From an uncultured Clostridia bacterium (GTDB lineage: Bacteria; Bacillota; Clostridia; TANB77; CAG-508): DNA of 64,000 bases. A program made the position numbers and the translations under genes. The notes under the pieces are model-generated. The model saw only the letters and a program-made list of their open reading frames with translations. It did no database searches and was not told the DNA's origin. Positions 42,497 to 53,873 of the stretch are shown in pieces (position 1 is the first letter of the stretch; every line of letters starts with the position of its first letter). The stretch is from NCBI GenBank assembly GCA_948678575.1, contig CAPPGO010000003.1:133691-197690 (forward strand), written 5' to 3'.

Positions 42497-43081
42497 TTAT
42501 ATATGAAATTTTTTTTCGAGTTCTACTTTTAATACCTCATGATTAAAAATTAATACAAATGATAAATTAGTAATACATACCCATAAAGTAATTATATTCA
42601 AAAGTGGTAAATGAACAGATACTATACTTATAATAATATCGTATATTATACTAAACAAAATAATTAAAATTTCATAAATTGCATATTTCATATATTTTTT
42701 ATATTTTATCATTGTTATTATAAGCATAGTAACATTACAAACCGAAATTACTATTGGTATTCCTATACTTAATGACCATTTTTTAAATCCGAAAAAATAA
42801 TCTATTATAAATATAAGTATAGAATCTCCAATCATTTGAAAAAAGATATATGAAGCTAAATTAACGCTTTTATCTAATGCATATATTATTGAAAACCATA
42901 AATATATAACACTTGATATAACTACAATTGACCAATTTAATCTTGAACTAAATAATAAATTTATTGCCATTAATACTACACTTAAAAAAATAGAAATAAT
43001 CATCAAAATATTTGTAACCTCTCTACTTTTTTTAACATTAGTTATTTGTGGATATAGCATATTACACCTCATTTCCTTCAA
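42497..43081 (-). CDS. polytopic membrane protein, unknown function (last gene of the esterase-acyltransferase operon)
   Basis: 194 aa; about 5 TM helices; start overlaps the stop of the upstream gene. Confidence 0.4.
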   Translation of the reverse strand: MKEMRCNMLYPQITNVKKSREVTNILMIISIFLSVVLMAINLLFSSRLNWSIVVISSVIYLWFSIIYALDKSVNLASYIFFQMIGDSILIFIIDYFFGFKKWSLSIGIPIVISVCNVTMLIITMIKYKKYMKYAIYEILIILFSIIYDIIISIVSVHLPLLNIITLWVCITNLSFVLIFNHEVLKVELEKKFHI

Positions 43082-44327
43082 TTTGTACTTCTATTCCTTG
43101 ATTTTCTAAATTGGATTTTAATTTGTATTCTACATCCTTTTCTTCTATAACAGAAGCAAACGAAAACACCATATTATCCTCATAAGCACAAATTGTACAT
43201 TTAATTTTTTCTACACTTTCAGGTGCAATAAGCAATAAAAATTTATCTATATATGGTTTATATTCTGATATAATACCTACTCTACCTATATTAGACAAAG
43301 TTGTTGTATTATATTTTCTAAATTCTCTATGAGTTATAGAAACAACTACTTTTTTCAAAAATAGTGGCACTAATTTTAATATAAAATTATTAGATAATCT
43401 TAAATTTACAGCTATTGTTTTTAATAATTCTTTTTCAGTGAGTTTTTCTTCAAATTGTTTTTTTACCTCTTCTAAAATATCTTCAAATTCAAAATATTTA
43501 TTAGTATCAATTTTTATATCTATATATGAAAAAGAATTGCTACCAGTAGCTGACAGAAAATATTTTTTTAAATTTACTGGTACTTGTATAATTATTTCTC
43601 TTTTACTTTTATCTTTTTTTACTCCTTCTTCGTGAATAGCATATATTAAATGTGCTGTTAAAAATTGAGTAATTGTAGCATTTTTTGATTTTGCTATTTC
43701 TCTTACTTTACTAGAACTCATAAACTCATGAGTAACTGATACTACTCCTGGTGGTAGTAATCTTCCTTTTAAATTATATGCTTTTTTTGATTCTCTCTTT
43801 GCTTTTATTTTTTTATCATAATTTTTAGTATATATATCTTCTGTTGTATATTTTACTTCTCTTTCCTTTGTTAAAGTCGTACTCACATTATTCAAATATT
43901 TCATTTCAATATAATTATAAGTTATTTCTTTTAAAAAATGTGTAGCACTATTTCCATCTGTTAAACAATGAAAAATATCTAAATTAATTTTACAATCAAA
44001 ATAAGTTACTTTAAACAAATAATCATTATTAAGTGGTAAATCTATAAATCTACAAGGATAATCATTTTCTTCTTCAATTATTGGATTTTTGAAATTGTTT
44101 TCAAAATAATACCAAAATATTCCTTTTCTCATTCTAACTTTAAAAAATCTAAATTTATTTAATGATGTATTTACTGCTTTTTCTAATATTTCTTTATCAA
44201 TTTTATCTTTCAAAACAACAGATATTCTAAAAACTGTTTTGTATTTTTTAGTTGAAGCTAATGGAAAAAGTTTGGCATAATTATCAAGCTTTCTCCATTC
44301 TAATCCTTCTTTTCTTTTTAGTTTCAT
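43062..44327 (-). CDS. HxxxD-motif acyltransferase (condensation/CAT-like superfamily, WS/DGAT-like)
   Basis: 421 aa; catalytic motif FHCLTDGNS (HxxxDG); N-terminal W.KLDNYAKLFP pattern. Confidence 0.45.
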   Translation of the reverse strand: MKLKRKEGLEWRKLDNYAKLFPLASTKKYKTVFRISVVLKDKIDKEILEKAVNTSLNKFRFFKVRMRKGIFWYYFENNFKNPIIEEENDYPCRFIDLPLNNDYLFKVTYFDCKINLDIFHCLTDGNSATHFLKEITYNYIEMKYLNNVSTTLTKEREVKYTTEDIYTKNYDKKIKAKRESKKAYNLKGRLLPPGVVSVTHEFMSSSKVREIAKSKNATITQFLTAHLIYAIHEEGVKKDKSKREIIIQVPVNLKKYFLSATGSNSFSYIDIKIDTNKYFEFEDILEEVKKQFEEKLTEKELLKTIAVNLRLSNNFILKLVPLFLKKVVVSITHREFRKYNTTTLSNIGRVGIISEYKPYIDKFLLLIAPESVEKIKCTICAYEDNMVFSFASVIEEKDVEYKLKSNLENQGIEVQIEGNEV

Positions 44328-44329
44328 TC

Positions 44330-45280
44330 TTAGCCTTTCTCATATAATAATTTAACAATATCTTCAAATGTTTCTTTTGCTGAATAAACATTTTTATTTT
44401 CAATATGCGTCATCCAAATATGAATTGCTTTCTTTTTCTCTCTTAAATCTATATCTACACCTAATTTTTTAGTCTTTTCTATAAATTTATGTACATCTGG
44501 ATTTAACATATCATAAGTCCCTGTATATATTGTAATATTTTTTAACTTATCTACTGGCCCTAAAATAGGATTTACTAAATAACTCTCCATTCCGTCTATA
44601 CCAGCATAATGTCTACCAGCAATTTTTAATGCTTCTTTTAATAATACTGGATCTACTTTCTCTTTTTCTTCTATTTCAGGATTTGTCATTGTAACATCTA
44701 ACCATGGAGATAATAAAATCGTTTTGTATGGCATAACACCATTTTCTTCTCCTATTTTTTGCAATAGTCCAAGCGCCATTCCTCCACCAGCAGAATCTCC
44801 CATAAAAATTAAATTTTCATTTCCAACTTTTTTTATAGTTTCTTTATACAAAGGTTCTATCATATCAAAAACTTCTTTATATGTATTTTTAGGTGTTAAT
44901 GGATAATCTGGTAATATAAGAGTCATACCTGTTCTATCAACAATTTCTTCTAAAAATTGCCAATGCTTATAAGTTGCTTCCATTACATAAGCTCCACCAT
45001 GTAAATATAAAATATATTTGTCACTCTTTTTATTTTCCTTTGAAGTTATTACAAACACTTTTCTGTTTTTGAATTTTTCTTCTTTAACATTATATTGTAT
45101 AATTGTACGAATTGGAGGCTTAGCTTGTATATCAACAATAAAAAAAGGTACAATTAAAAGCAAAGCAAGTACAATTAATAAAGCTAAATATATTTTTAAA
45201 AATTCAACATTTACTAAAAATAAAATAACCATTATTGCTATTATTATAATTGCAATTGTAAACATATATCTTTTTTTCAT
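44330..45280 (-). CDS. membrane-anchored alpha/beta hydrolase fold-3 esterase/lipase
   Basis: Oxyanion-hole YLHGGAY; nucleophile elbow GDSAGGG; start MKKRYMFTIAIIIIAI (TM anchor) chosen over the upstream ATG. Confidence 0.6.
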   Translation of the reverse strand: MKKRYMFTIAIIIIAIMVILFLVNVEFLKIYLALLIVLALLLIVPFFIVDIQAKPPIRTIIQYNVKEEKFKNRKVFVITSKENKKSDKYILYLHGGAYVMEATYKHWQFLEEIVDRTGMTLILPDYPLTPKNTYKEVFDMIEPLYKETIKKVGNENLIFMGDSAGGGMALGLLQKIGEENGVMPYKTILLSPWLDVTMTNPEIEEKEKVDPVLLKEALKIAGRHYAGIDGMESYLVNPILGPVDKLKNITIYTGTYDMLNPDVHKFIEKTKKLGVDIDLREKKKAIHIWMTHIENKNVYSAKETFEDIVKLLYEKG

Positions 45281-45352
45281 ATTTGCTCCATTTCTTATTG
45301 TATATAATATCAAAAAAATTTTTTTATGTATATAGATTTTTCGTTTTTTATA

Positions 45353-45381
45353 TTGTAATTATAAAATTAAAATGATATAAT
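45353..45381 (+). promoter_or_regulatory. sigma-A promoter for the DnaD-domain gene
   Basis: TTGTAA-N17-TATAAT with TG extension (ATGATATAAT). Confidence 0.5.
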
Positions 45382-45424
45382 TTCGATACTGTACAAAAGA
45401 TAAATAATTTTTTTAAAAGGGGTT

Positions 45425-46390
45425 TTGCAAATGAAATTAGAACATAGTGACAAATCTCTATTATTTTCTAGTACAGAGGTTCCAGATGTATTTTTTACAG
45501 AACATGTACCTTCAATGAATGGTAATTTTTTGAAGGTTTATTTATATGTTCTTTTTCTTTCGAAGCATAATAAAGATGTCAAAAAAAATGATTTATCTAA
45601 ACGATTAGGACTTCCATATCCTGATATTCAAGATGCTTTAAATTATTTAGAAGAACAACAACTTCTTATAAAATTACCAGATGGTTATTCTATTGCAAAT
45701 ATCCAAGAATTAGAACTTACTAAATTATATTCTCCAAAAGTTACTTCTTCTCCGGAGGATATTGAAAAAAGTCGTCAAAATCAATATAGAGCACAAGCTA
45801 TTGAGAATATAAACACATTATTCTTCCAAGGTGTAATGAGCCCTACTTGGTACAATGATATTGACCTTTGGTTTAATAAATATGGTTTTGATGAACAAGT
45901 TATGTTAGCATTATTTAATTATTGTGCTGAAAATAGAGCTCTCCATCGTGCATATATACAAACTGTTGCTGATGCATGGGCAAGTCATAATATTAAAAAT
46001 TTCAATGATTTAGAAGCTTATGAATTAAAACAAGATAAATTAAATAGTATAAAAAAAGAAATTTCTCAAAAATTGCGTTTATCTCGCAATCTTACATCAT
46101 TTGATGAAGATTATATAATAAAATGGATAAATGATTATAAATACGATATGTCTATAATTGAATTAGCATTGAAAAAGACTTCTTCAATGAGTAGCATTAG
46201 TTTTGAATATTTTGATAAAGTTCTTACAGATTGGCATGAAAAAGGTTTAAATTCTGTTGAAGATATTTTACAATATCAACAATCTAAAAAAGAACAAACG
46301 AAAAAAATTAAACAAATAGAAAAAAAGATACCAGAATACAGTTATACTCAAAGCACATTCGACAATTTGGAATCTTTATATGATAATTAA
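45425..46390 (+). CDS. DnaD-domain replication initiation / helicase-loading protein (DnaB/DnaD-like)
   Basis: 321 aa; N-terminal winged-helix-like region; C-terminal DnaD-like domain (YIQTVADAWASHNIKNFNDLEAYE...). Confidence 0.55.
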   Translation: MQMKLEHSDKSLLFSSTEVPDVFFTEHVPSMNGNFLKVYLYVLFLSKHNKDVKKNDLSKRLGLPYPDIQDALNYLEEQQLLIKLPDGYSIANIQELELTKLYSPKVTSSPEDIEKSRQNQYRAQAIENINTLFFQGVMSPTWYNDIDLWFNKYGFDEQVMLALFNYCAENRALHRAYIQTVADAWASHNIKNFNDLEAYELKQDKLNSIKKEISQKLRLSRNLTSFDEDYIIKWINDYKYDMSIIELALKKTSSMSSISFEYFDKVLTDWHEKGLNSVEDILQYQQSKKEQTKKIKQIEKKIPEYSYTQSTFDNLESLYDN

Positions 46391-46402
46391 TTGGAGGATT
46401 AA

Positions 46403-47428
46403 ATGGAAAAATCACTGCTAAAACAAGTTTTATATGAATATGAAAAAAAACGAGATATAGCAAATATTAAAGCTAATGAAAGAAAACAAGAACTTTTAGC
46501 AGTCAATCCTAGATTATCAGAAATTGAAGATGAATTATCAAAAATTTCTATTCAAACAGCAAAATCAATTTTAATTTCTAACGAAGAAGAAAAAAATAAA
46601 TTATTATCAGACCTAAAAAAGAAAACTAATGCACTTATAAAGGAAAAAAATGCTTTTTTAAAATCTTTATCAAAGGATTCTGGTTTCCTTAATCCACAAT
46701 TTGAGTGCAAAATGTGTAAAGATACTGGATATGTTTTAAGAGATGGAAAATCTACAATGTGTACTTGCTTAAAACAACGAATTTATGACATTGCTTATAA
46801 TAAATCTAATATGGGAAATTTGGAAAGAGAAAACTTTTCTACATTTGATCTTAGATTTTTTTCAGATAAACCTAATAAAGAATTATACAAATCAGATATC
46901 TCACCAAGACAAAATATCAATTTAATTAGAGAAAAAGCAGAAAATTTTATTAACAATTTTGACAATCCAGTTGAAAAAAATTTGCTTTTTATTGGTAATA
47001 CTGGCTTAGGAAAAACTTTCCTTACTAATTGTATTGCTAATGAAATATTAAAACAAGGAAAAACAGTTTTATATCAAACTGCACCAGTAATGTTAAATAC
47101 TATTATTGATGCAAAATTTGGAAAACAAAATTCTAATATAGATTTATTAGACAATATATTAAATGTAGATTTGCTTATTATTGATGATTTAGGTACAGAA
47201 ACTGTAAATAATTATAAAATTGAAGAATTATTCACTATTATAAATACAAGACTTTTAAATCAAAATCATAAAATTACTAAAACAATTATATCTACAAATC
47301 TTACAGCAGAAGAACTTTTTCAAACTTATACTACTCGTATTGGTTCTAGATTAGCTGGTTATTATCGTTTTTTACGATTCTTTGGCGAAGATTTAAGAAT
47401 GAGAAAATCTAAGAAAAATATAGAATAA
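46403..47428 (+). CDS. DnaI/DnaC-like AAA+ helicase loader
   Basis: N-terminal zinc module CKMCKDTGYV...C.C; Walker A LLFIGNTGLGKTFL; Walker B LLIIDDLG; RBS GGAGG. Confidence 0.65.
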   Translation: MEKSLLKQVLYEYEKKRDIANIKANERKQELLAVNPRLSEIEDELSKISIQTAKSILISNEEEKNKLLSDLKKKTNALIKEKNAFLKSLSKDSGFLNPQFECKMCKDTGYVLRDGKSTMCTCLKQRIYDIAYNKSNMGNLERENFSTFDLRFFSDKPNKELYKSDISPRQNINLIREKAENFINNFDNPVEKNLLFIGNTGLGKTFLTNCIANEILKQGKTVLYQTAPVMLNTIIDAKFGKQNSNIDLLDNILNVDLLIIDDLGTETVNNYKIEELFTIINTRLLNQNHKITKTIISTNLTAEELFQTYTTRIGSRLAGYYRFLRFFGEDLRMRKSKKNIE

Positions 47429-47434
47429 TAGTTA

Positions 47435-47460
47435 AAAGCCTGCTCATGCAGGCTTTTTTG
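47435..47460. terminator. bidirectional rho-independent terminator
   Basis: AAAAGCCTGC-TCAT-GCAGGCTTTT perfect 10-bp stem with A4/T6 flanks. Confidence 0.65.
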
Positions 47461-47461
47461 A

Positions 47462-49749
47462 TTATATTATATCAAATGTAATTTCAACTTTAAATAAATC
47501 TCCATCTATTTTACAATCTAAGTTTCCTTTTTGAAGTTCTGTTAAACTTCTTGCAATAGCTAAACCTAAACCACTTCCCTCTGTTGTTCTTGATTTATCT
47601 CCTCTAACAAATCTTTGCATTAATTCCTCTTCTGAAATATTTAACTTATCCTTAGAAATATTTTTTAATATTGTTTTTATTTTTCCACCATCAATTATTT
47701 CTGTTTCTATATATACTCTTGAACCTTCCAAAGCATATTTTGAAATATTTCCAAATAAATTATCTATTACTCTATACAAATATCTGCTATCTGCTTTTAT
47801 TTTTACATTTACTTTTGATAAATTAGAAATTACTTCTAAATTCTTTTCTTCAAATTTATCTTTATATTCACCAATTAATTGATTTAAAAGTTCTACTAAA
47901 CCAATTTCTTCTAAATTTAAGCTTACATTTCCAGAAGATGCTTTTGAAGCTTCTACTAAATCTTCTGTAAGTTTCTTTAATCTTTGTGATTTGTTATCTA
48001 ATATTTCAATATATTCTTTTACTTTCTCATTATCAATATTTTCTTTTTTAATTAAATCCACATAATTAATTATTGATGTAAGTGGTGTTTTAATATCATG
48101 TGAAACATTTGTAATAAGTTCTGTTTTTAATCTCTCAGATTTTAAACTTTCTTCTACCGCTTTTTCAATTCCATTTGAAATATCATTTATATAATCTATA
48201 CAATTCTCAAATTCTTTTGAAAAATCATCTTTATATAATCTTGTTTTATTATTTCCGTCATATATTTCTTTAAGACCAGCTTCTAATTTAGTAAAACTAT
48301 TTATTCTATATATTACTAAATAAAGTACATATAAGAAAATTAAAATATCTAAAAAGAACCCAAATCCATCAAAAATTCCTATTAATATAAATGAAATTAT
48401 AATATATAAAGCAATATAAATCATTACTTTCCAAGTAAGTTTAACATTTTCATTTAAACTGTTCATAATTTGTGAAAATTTACTTTTAAATTTGTGACAT
48501 ATTTTTATTGTTTGATTTAATACTTCTTTTAATATTTTTATACACCATTTTAATAATCTACCACAAATTGAAGTATCTAATAATTTTTTAGCTTTAATTC
48601 TTGCAATAGTTGTAACCATAAACATTTCTGTTAAAATTGATATAGATAAATATATTGTAATTATTACTGCTAAAAAACTATCTGTTGCCATCATTAAACT
48701 AGTGCTTGTTTCCCCAACTATTACACATAAAAGTGCAATAATCATGAAAAATACTATAAATATAACATCTAATGGCATTTTATCAAAATCTGTTAATTCT
48801 ATTTCTTCTTTACCTTTTACATGACCTATTGAATTTATTAAATATATACATATTATCAATGTCAAAATCACAGAAATTGGCATTGCAATAATTATTTGTT
48901 TTTCATATGGTGCTAACTCTTTCATAAAATTAATTGCTATTTTAATTTCATTGTCTTCTGGTAATTCTGGATTAAATGATGTGTAAAAAGTAAAATCTTC
49001 TAATGTTGCTGTATGATATTCAAATTCATAACTGTTATTTTCTGGCACAACAGTATTTTGAGTAGTTGGATTTACTACATCTGTTGATGGTACTAAATTT
49101 TCACTTGGACTTACAACATCTGGCGTTTCGGATGTTAAAGCTGTTTCAACATTTTCTGTATCAGTTAAAATTTCATTTTCATATTCGTTTTCATTATTAC
49201 TTTCTAATACTGATTCATTACGTGTAACATTATTATTTAAGTTATTAGTATAATAAGTAATTCCGCCCACAGTTGATAAAAAATTGTCTACATAATCATC
49301 AATAAATCCCTCTACATTAGAAGAATATTGATTATTTTCATAACAAAAATTATTTTTATTTTCTTCTAAAACTTTTGTTTTTATTTTTTCAACAGTATTT
49401 GTATTTTCTGTAAAATTAATATTAGTCAATGCTTTATTTTTATAGATAACTAAAAAATCTCCACAATTTTCTATACCATATATAGGATAATAATTGGAAA
49501 AATAAATTGTTGTTTCTCCATCTTGAATTGTTTTATAGCCTTTATCTGCAAAAATCAACTCTTCTAATAAACTCCTTATTCTTCCAAGATATGCTCCTTT
49601 AAAATTTGCACCGATTAAAAAATTCTTCTTCTGATGAAAATGAACCTTCATTCTTAGCAACAATATAGAAACTAGATAAGATAATTATAGCAACTAAAAT
49701 AGGTATTAATAAATAACAAATACCTCTACAAATTTTGCTATTTTTCATA
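47462..49749 (-). pseudogene. sensor histidine kinase with large extracytoplasmic domain; reading frame broken at an A6/T6 homopolymer (49617..49622)
   Basis: Signal-anchor peptide MKNSKICRGICYLLIPILVAIIILSSFYIV (49749..49600) is in a different frame from the 733-aa body, which has HisKA NVSHDIKTPLTSI and the HATPase N/G boxes. Removing one T from the TTTTTT run fuses them into a single roughly 760-aa protein. Confidence 0.6.
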
Positions 49750-49766
49750 ATAATCCCCCTCTTTAT

Positions 49767-50465
49767 TTAATCTATTTTTTCAATTTTATATCCAATTCCC
49801 CAAATAACTTTTAAATATCTTGGCTCTTTTGGATTTATTTCTATTTTTTCTCTTATATGTCTTATATGTACTGCAATAATATTTTCAGCTGCATAAGCTT
49901 CATCTTTCCAAACATTTTCATATATTTGATCTATTGAAAAAACTGTTCCTTTATTTTTAATTAAAAATTTCAAAATATTATATTCTGTTGGAGTAAGTTT
50001 TACTTCTTTACCTTCTACTATTACTTTTTTCAAAGTATCATCAACCATTAAATCTCCACTTTTATATATTTTTGCACCTGTTTTTTCCTCAATTGCTCCT
50101 AATTTTGTATATCTTCTTATACATGAATTAACTCTTGCAATAAGTTCCATTGGATTAAAAGGTTTTGTTACATAATCATCTGCTCCCAAATCTAATCCTA
50201 TTATTTTATCACTATCTTCTGACTTTGCAGAAAGCATAAGTACTGGAATTGAATATTCCTTTCTTATTTCCTGTAAAGTTTCTATTCCATCTTTTCCTGG
50301 CATCATAATATCCAAAACTACAAGATGAATTTCATTATTTTTTATAATATCTAATGCTTCATTTCCATTATAAGCTTTTAATATATTGTAGCCTTCTTTA
50401 CTTAAATAAATATCAATTGCTTTTACAATTTCCTTGTCATCATCACAAACTAAAATATTATACAT
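49767..50465 (-). CDS. OmpR/PhoB-family response regulator
   Basis: Receiver domain DDD...D...K; winged-helix output domain; start MYNILVCDDD with RBS AAGGAG. Confidence 0.75.
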   Translation of the reverse strand: MYNILVCDDDKEIVKAIDIYLSKEGYNILKAYNGNEALDIIKNNEIHLVVLDIMMPGKDGIETLQEIRKEYSIPVLMLSAKSEDSDKIIGLDLGADDYVTKPFNPMELIARVNSCIRRYTKLGAIEEKTGAKIYKSGDLMVDDTLKKVIVEGKEVKLTPTEYNILKFLIKNKGTVFSIDQIYENVWKDEAYAAENIIAVHIRHIREKIEINPKEPRYLKVIWGIGYKIEKID

Positions 50466-50569
50466 TTTTATTGCTCCTTTCAAATATAATATTTTAACAT
50501 AATTTTATATTAACATATTTTTATTAAGAAAAAATAGAGGAAATATTAAGAATTTATTAAACTACAAAT

Positions 50570-50604
50570 TTACAAAAAGAGCCTAGATTAATCTAAGCTC
50601 TTCT
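50570..50604 (-). terminator. terminator downstream of gyrA
   Basis: AAGAGCCTAGAT-TAA-TCTAAGCTCTT (one mismatch) followed by TTTTGTTTTT. Confidence 0.5.
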
Positions 50605-50615
50605 TTTGTTTTTAT

Positions 50616-53054
50616 TTATTCTTCATCTTCCTCAGGTTCTATTGTTTCTATACTTACAACTTTGCAACCATCATTTGTTCTCATTAATGTAACACCTTGT
50701 GTTGCTCTTCCTAAAATACTTACTTCTTCTACTTTAAGTCTAATTATAGTTCCAGTATCTGTTATAAGCATTACATCTTCTGTTCCATTAACAACTCTAA
50801 TACCAACAATATCACCAGTTTTAGGTGTAATTTTATATGTAATTACTCCTCTTCCACCTCTGTTTTGTACTCTATATTCATCAAGTTCTGTTCTCTTTCC
50901 AAAACCATTTTCTGTAATAGCTAATAATGTTGCTTTTCCACCTTGAATAATTGGTTCCATTCCAATTACAGAATCATCATCATCAATTCTCATTCCGATA
51001 ACACCTTGTGTAACTCTTCCTACTGGTCTAACATCTTTTTCATCAAATGTAATACTCATACCTTTTTTAGTAACTAATACTACATTATCTTCTCCATCTG
51101 TTAGTCTAACATCTATAAGTTCATCGCCTTCTTTTAATGTTATACCAAGTAATCCTGTTTTTCTTGATGAATCATATTCTTTTAATGGTGTTTTCTTTAT
51201 TAAACCATTTCTTGTTGCCATTAATATATATTTACCATCTGCAAAATTTTGAAGTGGTATAATTGCTGAGATTTTCTCTCCACCTTCAAGATTTAATAGG
51301 TTTACTATTGCTGTTCCCTTAGCTGTTCTACCTGATTCTGGTATTTCAAAACCACGAAGTCTATACATTTTTCCTAAATTACTGAAAAATAGTATTGTAT
51401 CATGTGAAGATGCTGTAAAAATATCTTTAACAAAATCTTCTTCTCTTGTTGACATACCAGTAATTCCTTTTCCGCCTCTTCTTTGACTCTTATATGTATC
51501 TACTGGCATTCTTTTAATATATCCAAAGTGTGATAAAGTAATAACAACTTGTTCTTCTTTTATTAAATCTTCTTCATTAAATTCGCCTTCTGCTGCACAA
51601 ATTTTTGTTAATCTTTCATCACCAAATTTTTCTTTAATTTCTAATAATTCATCTTTAATAATATTATAAACTAATGTTTCACTAGCTAAAATTTCTTTAT
51701 AATATGCAATTTGTTTCATAAGTTCTTGATATTCTTCTTCTAGTTTTTCTCTTTGCAAACCAGATAATCTTTTAAGTTGCATATCCAAAATTGCTTGTGC
51801 TTGAATATCAGATAAACCAAATCTCTTCATTAATTTTTCTTTGGCATCATCATAAGCTGAACGAATAATATTAATAATTTCATCAATATTATCAATAGCT
51901 ATTTTTAAACCTTCTAATATATGAGCTCTTGCTTCTGCTTTTTCAAGTTCAAATTTTGTTCTTCTAAAAATAACTTCTTTTCTATGATCAATAAATACTT
52001 CTAAACATTGTTTTAAAGTTAATATTTTTGGTTCTCCATCAACTAATGCAAGCATTATAATACCAAAAGAATCTTGTAATTGTGTATGTTTATATAATTG
52101 ATTTAATATAACTTGTGGTCTAGAATCTCTTTTTAATTCAATAACAATTCTAACTCTTTCTTCTCTATCAGACTCATCTCTAATATCTGAAATTCCTTCA
52201 ACCTTTCTGTCTTTTACTAAATTTGCTATTGTTTCTATAAGTTTAGCTTTATTAACTTGATATGGAAGTGAATGAACTACTATTCTTTGTCTATTTCCAG
52301 ACATTTCTTCTATTTCAGTTTCACCTCTAACTATAACTTTTCCTCTACCAGTTGTATAAGCTTCTTTAATTCCCTCTCTTCCTAAAATCATAGCACCTGT
52401 TGGAAAATCAGGACCTTTTACTATTTTCATTAATTCTTCTACTGGAACATCTGGATCTTCTATTACTTTAATAGCACCATTTATTACCTCTGTTAAATTA
52501 TGTGGTGGTATATTTGTTGCCATACCAACAGCTATACCAGAAGAACCATTAATTAACAATGTTGGTATTTTAGTTGGAAGTACAGTTGGTTCTTGAAGTC
52601 TATCATCATAGTTTGGCATAAAGTTTACTGTATTTTTTTCTATATCTACAAGCATTTGCTCAGCTATTTTTGCCATTCTTGATTCTGTATACCTCATTGC
52701 AGCAGCGCCATCACCATCTATTGAACCAAAATTTCCATGACCATCTATTAACATATATCTCATTGAGAAATCTTGTGCTAATCTAACCATAGCATCATAA
52801 ACAGACGCATCTCCGTGTGGATGATATCTACCTAAAACTGAACCTACTGTGTTTGCACATTTTCTATAAGGCTTGTCTGATGTAATACCATCTTCATGCA
52901 TAGAATAAAGAATTCTTCTATGTACGGGTTTTAAACCATCTCTTGCATCTGGTAAAGCTCTTGATACAATAACACTCATTGCATAGTCTATATAAGCTGT
53001 TTTCATTTCTGCTTCAATGTTACGTTCAATAATCTTTTCCTCTTGTCTTTCCAT
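50616..53054 (-). CDS. gyrA: DNA gyrase subunit A
   Basis: 812 aa; active-site Tyr region AAMRYTE; QRDR SAVYD; C-terminal beta-pinwheel repeats; acidic tail. Confidence 0.9.
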   Translation of the reverse strand: MERQEEKIIERNIEAEMKTAYIDYAMSVIVSRALPDARDGLKPVHRRILYSMHEDGITSDKPYRKCANTVGSVLGRYHPHGDASVYDAMVRLAQDFSMRYMLIDGHGNFGSIDGDGAAAMRYTESRMAKIAEQMLVDIEKNTVNFMPNYDDRLQEPTVLPTKIPTLLINGSSGIAVGMATNIPPHNLTEVINGAIKVIEDPDVPVEELMKIVKGPDFPTGAMILGREGIKEAYTTGRGKVIVRGETEIEEMSGNRQRIVVHSLPYQVNKAKLIETIANLVKDRKVEGISDIRDESDREERVRIVIELKRDSRPQVILNQLYKHTQLQDSFGIIMLALVDGEPKILTLKQCLEVFIDHRKEVIFRRTKFELEKAEARAHILEGLKIAIDNIDEIINIIRSAYDDAKEKLMKRFGLSDIQAQAILDMQLKRLSGLQREKLEEEYQELMKQIAYYKEILASETLVYNIIKDELLEIKEKFGDERLTKICAAEGEFNEEDLIKEEQVVITLSHFGYIKRMPVDTYKSQRRGGKGITGMSTREEDFVKDIFTASSHDTILFFSNLGKMYRLRGFEIPESGRTAKGTAIVNLLNLEGGEKISAIIPLQNFADGKYILMATRNGLIKKTPLKEYDSSRKTGLLGITLKEGDELIDVRLTDGEDNVVLVTKKGMSITFDEKDVRPVGRVTQGVIGMRIDDDDSVIGMEPIIQGGKATLLAITENGFGKRTELDEYRVQNRGGRGVITYKITPKTGDIVGIRVVNGTEDVMLITDTGTIIRLKVEEVSILGRATQGVTLMRTNDGCKVVSIETIEPEEDEE

Positions 53055-53091
53055 TCAACTTTCCTCTTTTCTTCTTCTTTTTTCTATTTGT

Positions 53092-53120
53092 ATTATATAA
53101 AATTAAGGTAAAAAAAGCAA
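53092..53120 (-). promoter_or_regulatory. dedicated sigma-A promoter for gyrA
   Basis: Minus strand TTGCTT-N17-TATAAT about 35 nt upstream of the gyrA RBS AAGAGGAAAG. Confidence 0.45.
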
Positions 53121-53152
53121 GGAATTTTAAGGAAAAAAATGACTTTTTTCTA

Positions 53153-53872
53153 CTAATTTACTAGCTTTTCAGCTAATTTTTTCTCCTCTTCGGTTATCTC
53201 AAAATTTCTACCATTATTTTTTATTAAATTATGTAGATTTTCAATTTTTCTAGCTTCTTTTATTGTATTTTCTAATGGCATTGTGTTCTTCAAATATTTT
53301 TCTATATTTTTAAAATTTTTAGACATATTATCAAAATCTTTGTCTTCAAAAGCTTGTTGCCATTTTTCAGAATAGCTCTTTATTTTTTCAACATTTTTAA
53401 CCTGTGTTTCTAAATTATCTTCTATTTTATCTGAAATATTATCTAAAATATTATTTTTTCCTTTTTTAATTAATTTTGCAGTAGTTTTATTTATCAAATT
53501 CTTATCTTCTACTTTTTCTATGGTATTATCTAATAAATTTGAAATTGTATCTATCATTCCACCTTTTTTAACTGCTATATTTATTTGATTTATATTTTCA
53601 AAATTTCCAGTCATTATTCCCATAGCAGTTTTTCCAAAATCAATTACTGTTTTAATAGCTTCATTTAATCCTTCTTTAAATCCATTTTCTAACATAGTAT
53701 TTTTAATATCTATTACTTCATCTTCTATTAAATCTGGTAAAACTGATTTCAAACCAATATCTACTGCATTATTAATAACTTCGCCCAAATTACTTTTTAA
53801 AAAATTTTCTTGAACAGATTTCAAATTATCTTGTAAATTCATCTCTTCTGTTATTGTTAAATCCATATCCAT
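53153..53872 (-). CDS. hypothetical coiled-coil protein (inserted island between gyrB and gyrA)
   Basis: 239 aa; Lys/Glu/Asn-rich, predicted helical; no catalytic motif. Confidence 0.4.
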   Translation of the reverse strand: MDMDLTITEEMNLQDNLKSVQENFLKSNLGEVINNAVDIGLKSVLPDLIEDEVIDIKNTMLENGFKEGLNEAIKTVIDFGKTAMGIMTGNFENINQINIAVKKGGMIDTISNLLDNTIEKVEDKNLINKTTAKLIKKGKNNILDNISDKIEDNLETQVKNVEKIKSYSEKWQQAFEDKDFDNMSKNFKNIEKYLKNTMPLENTIKEARKIENLHNLIKNNGRNFEITEEEKKLAEKLVN

Positions 53873-53873
53873 T

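Noticed and set aside
45425-47428. DnaD-domain plus DnaC-like pair as a phage or ICE replication module
   Set aside because: No flanking phage, integrase or relaxase genes. Origin-proximal placement with its own sigma-A promoter fits the chromosomal helicase-loading pair of clostridia, although a mobile-element origin cannot be fully excluded.
53153-53872. The 239-aa island protein as a relaxase or TcpC/VirB8-like transfer protein
   Set aside because: No HUH or tyrosine relaxase motifs, no TM anchor or NTF2-like pattern. Left as hypothetical.
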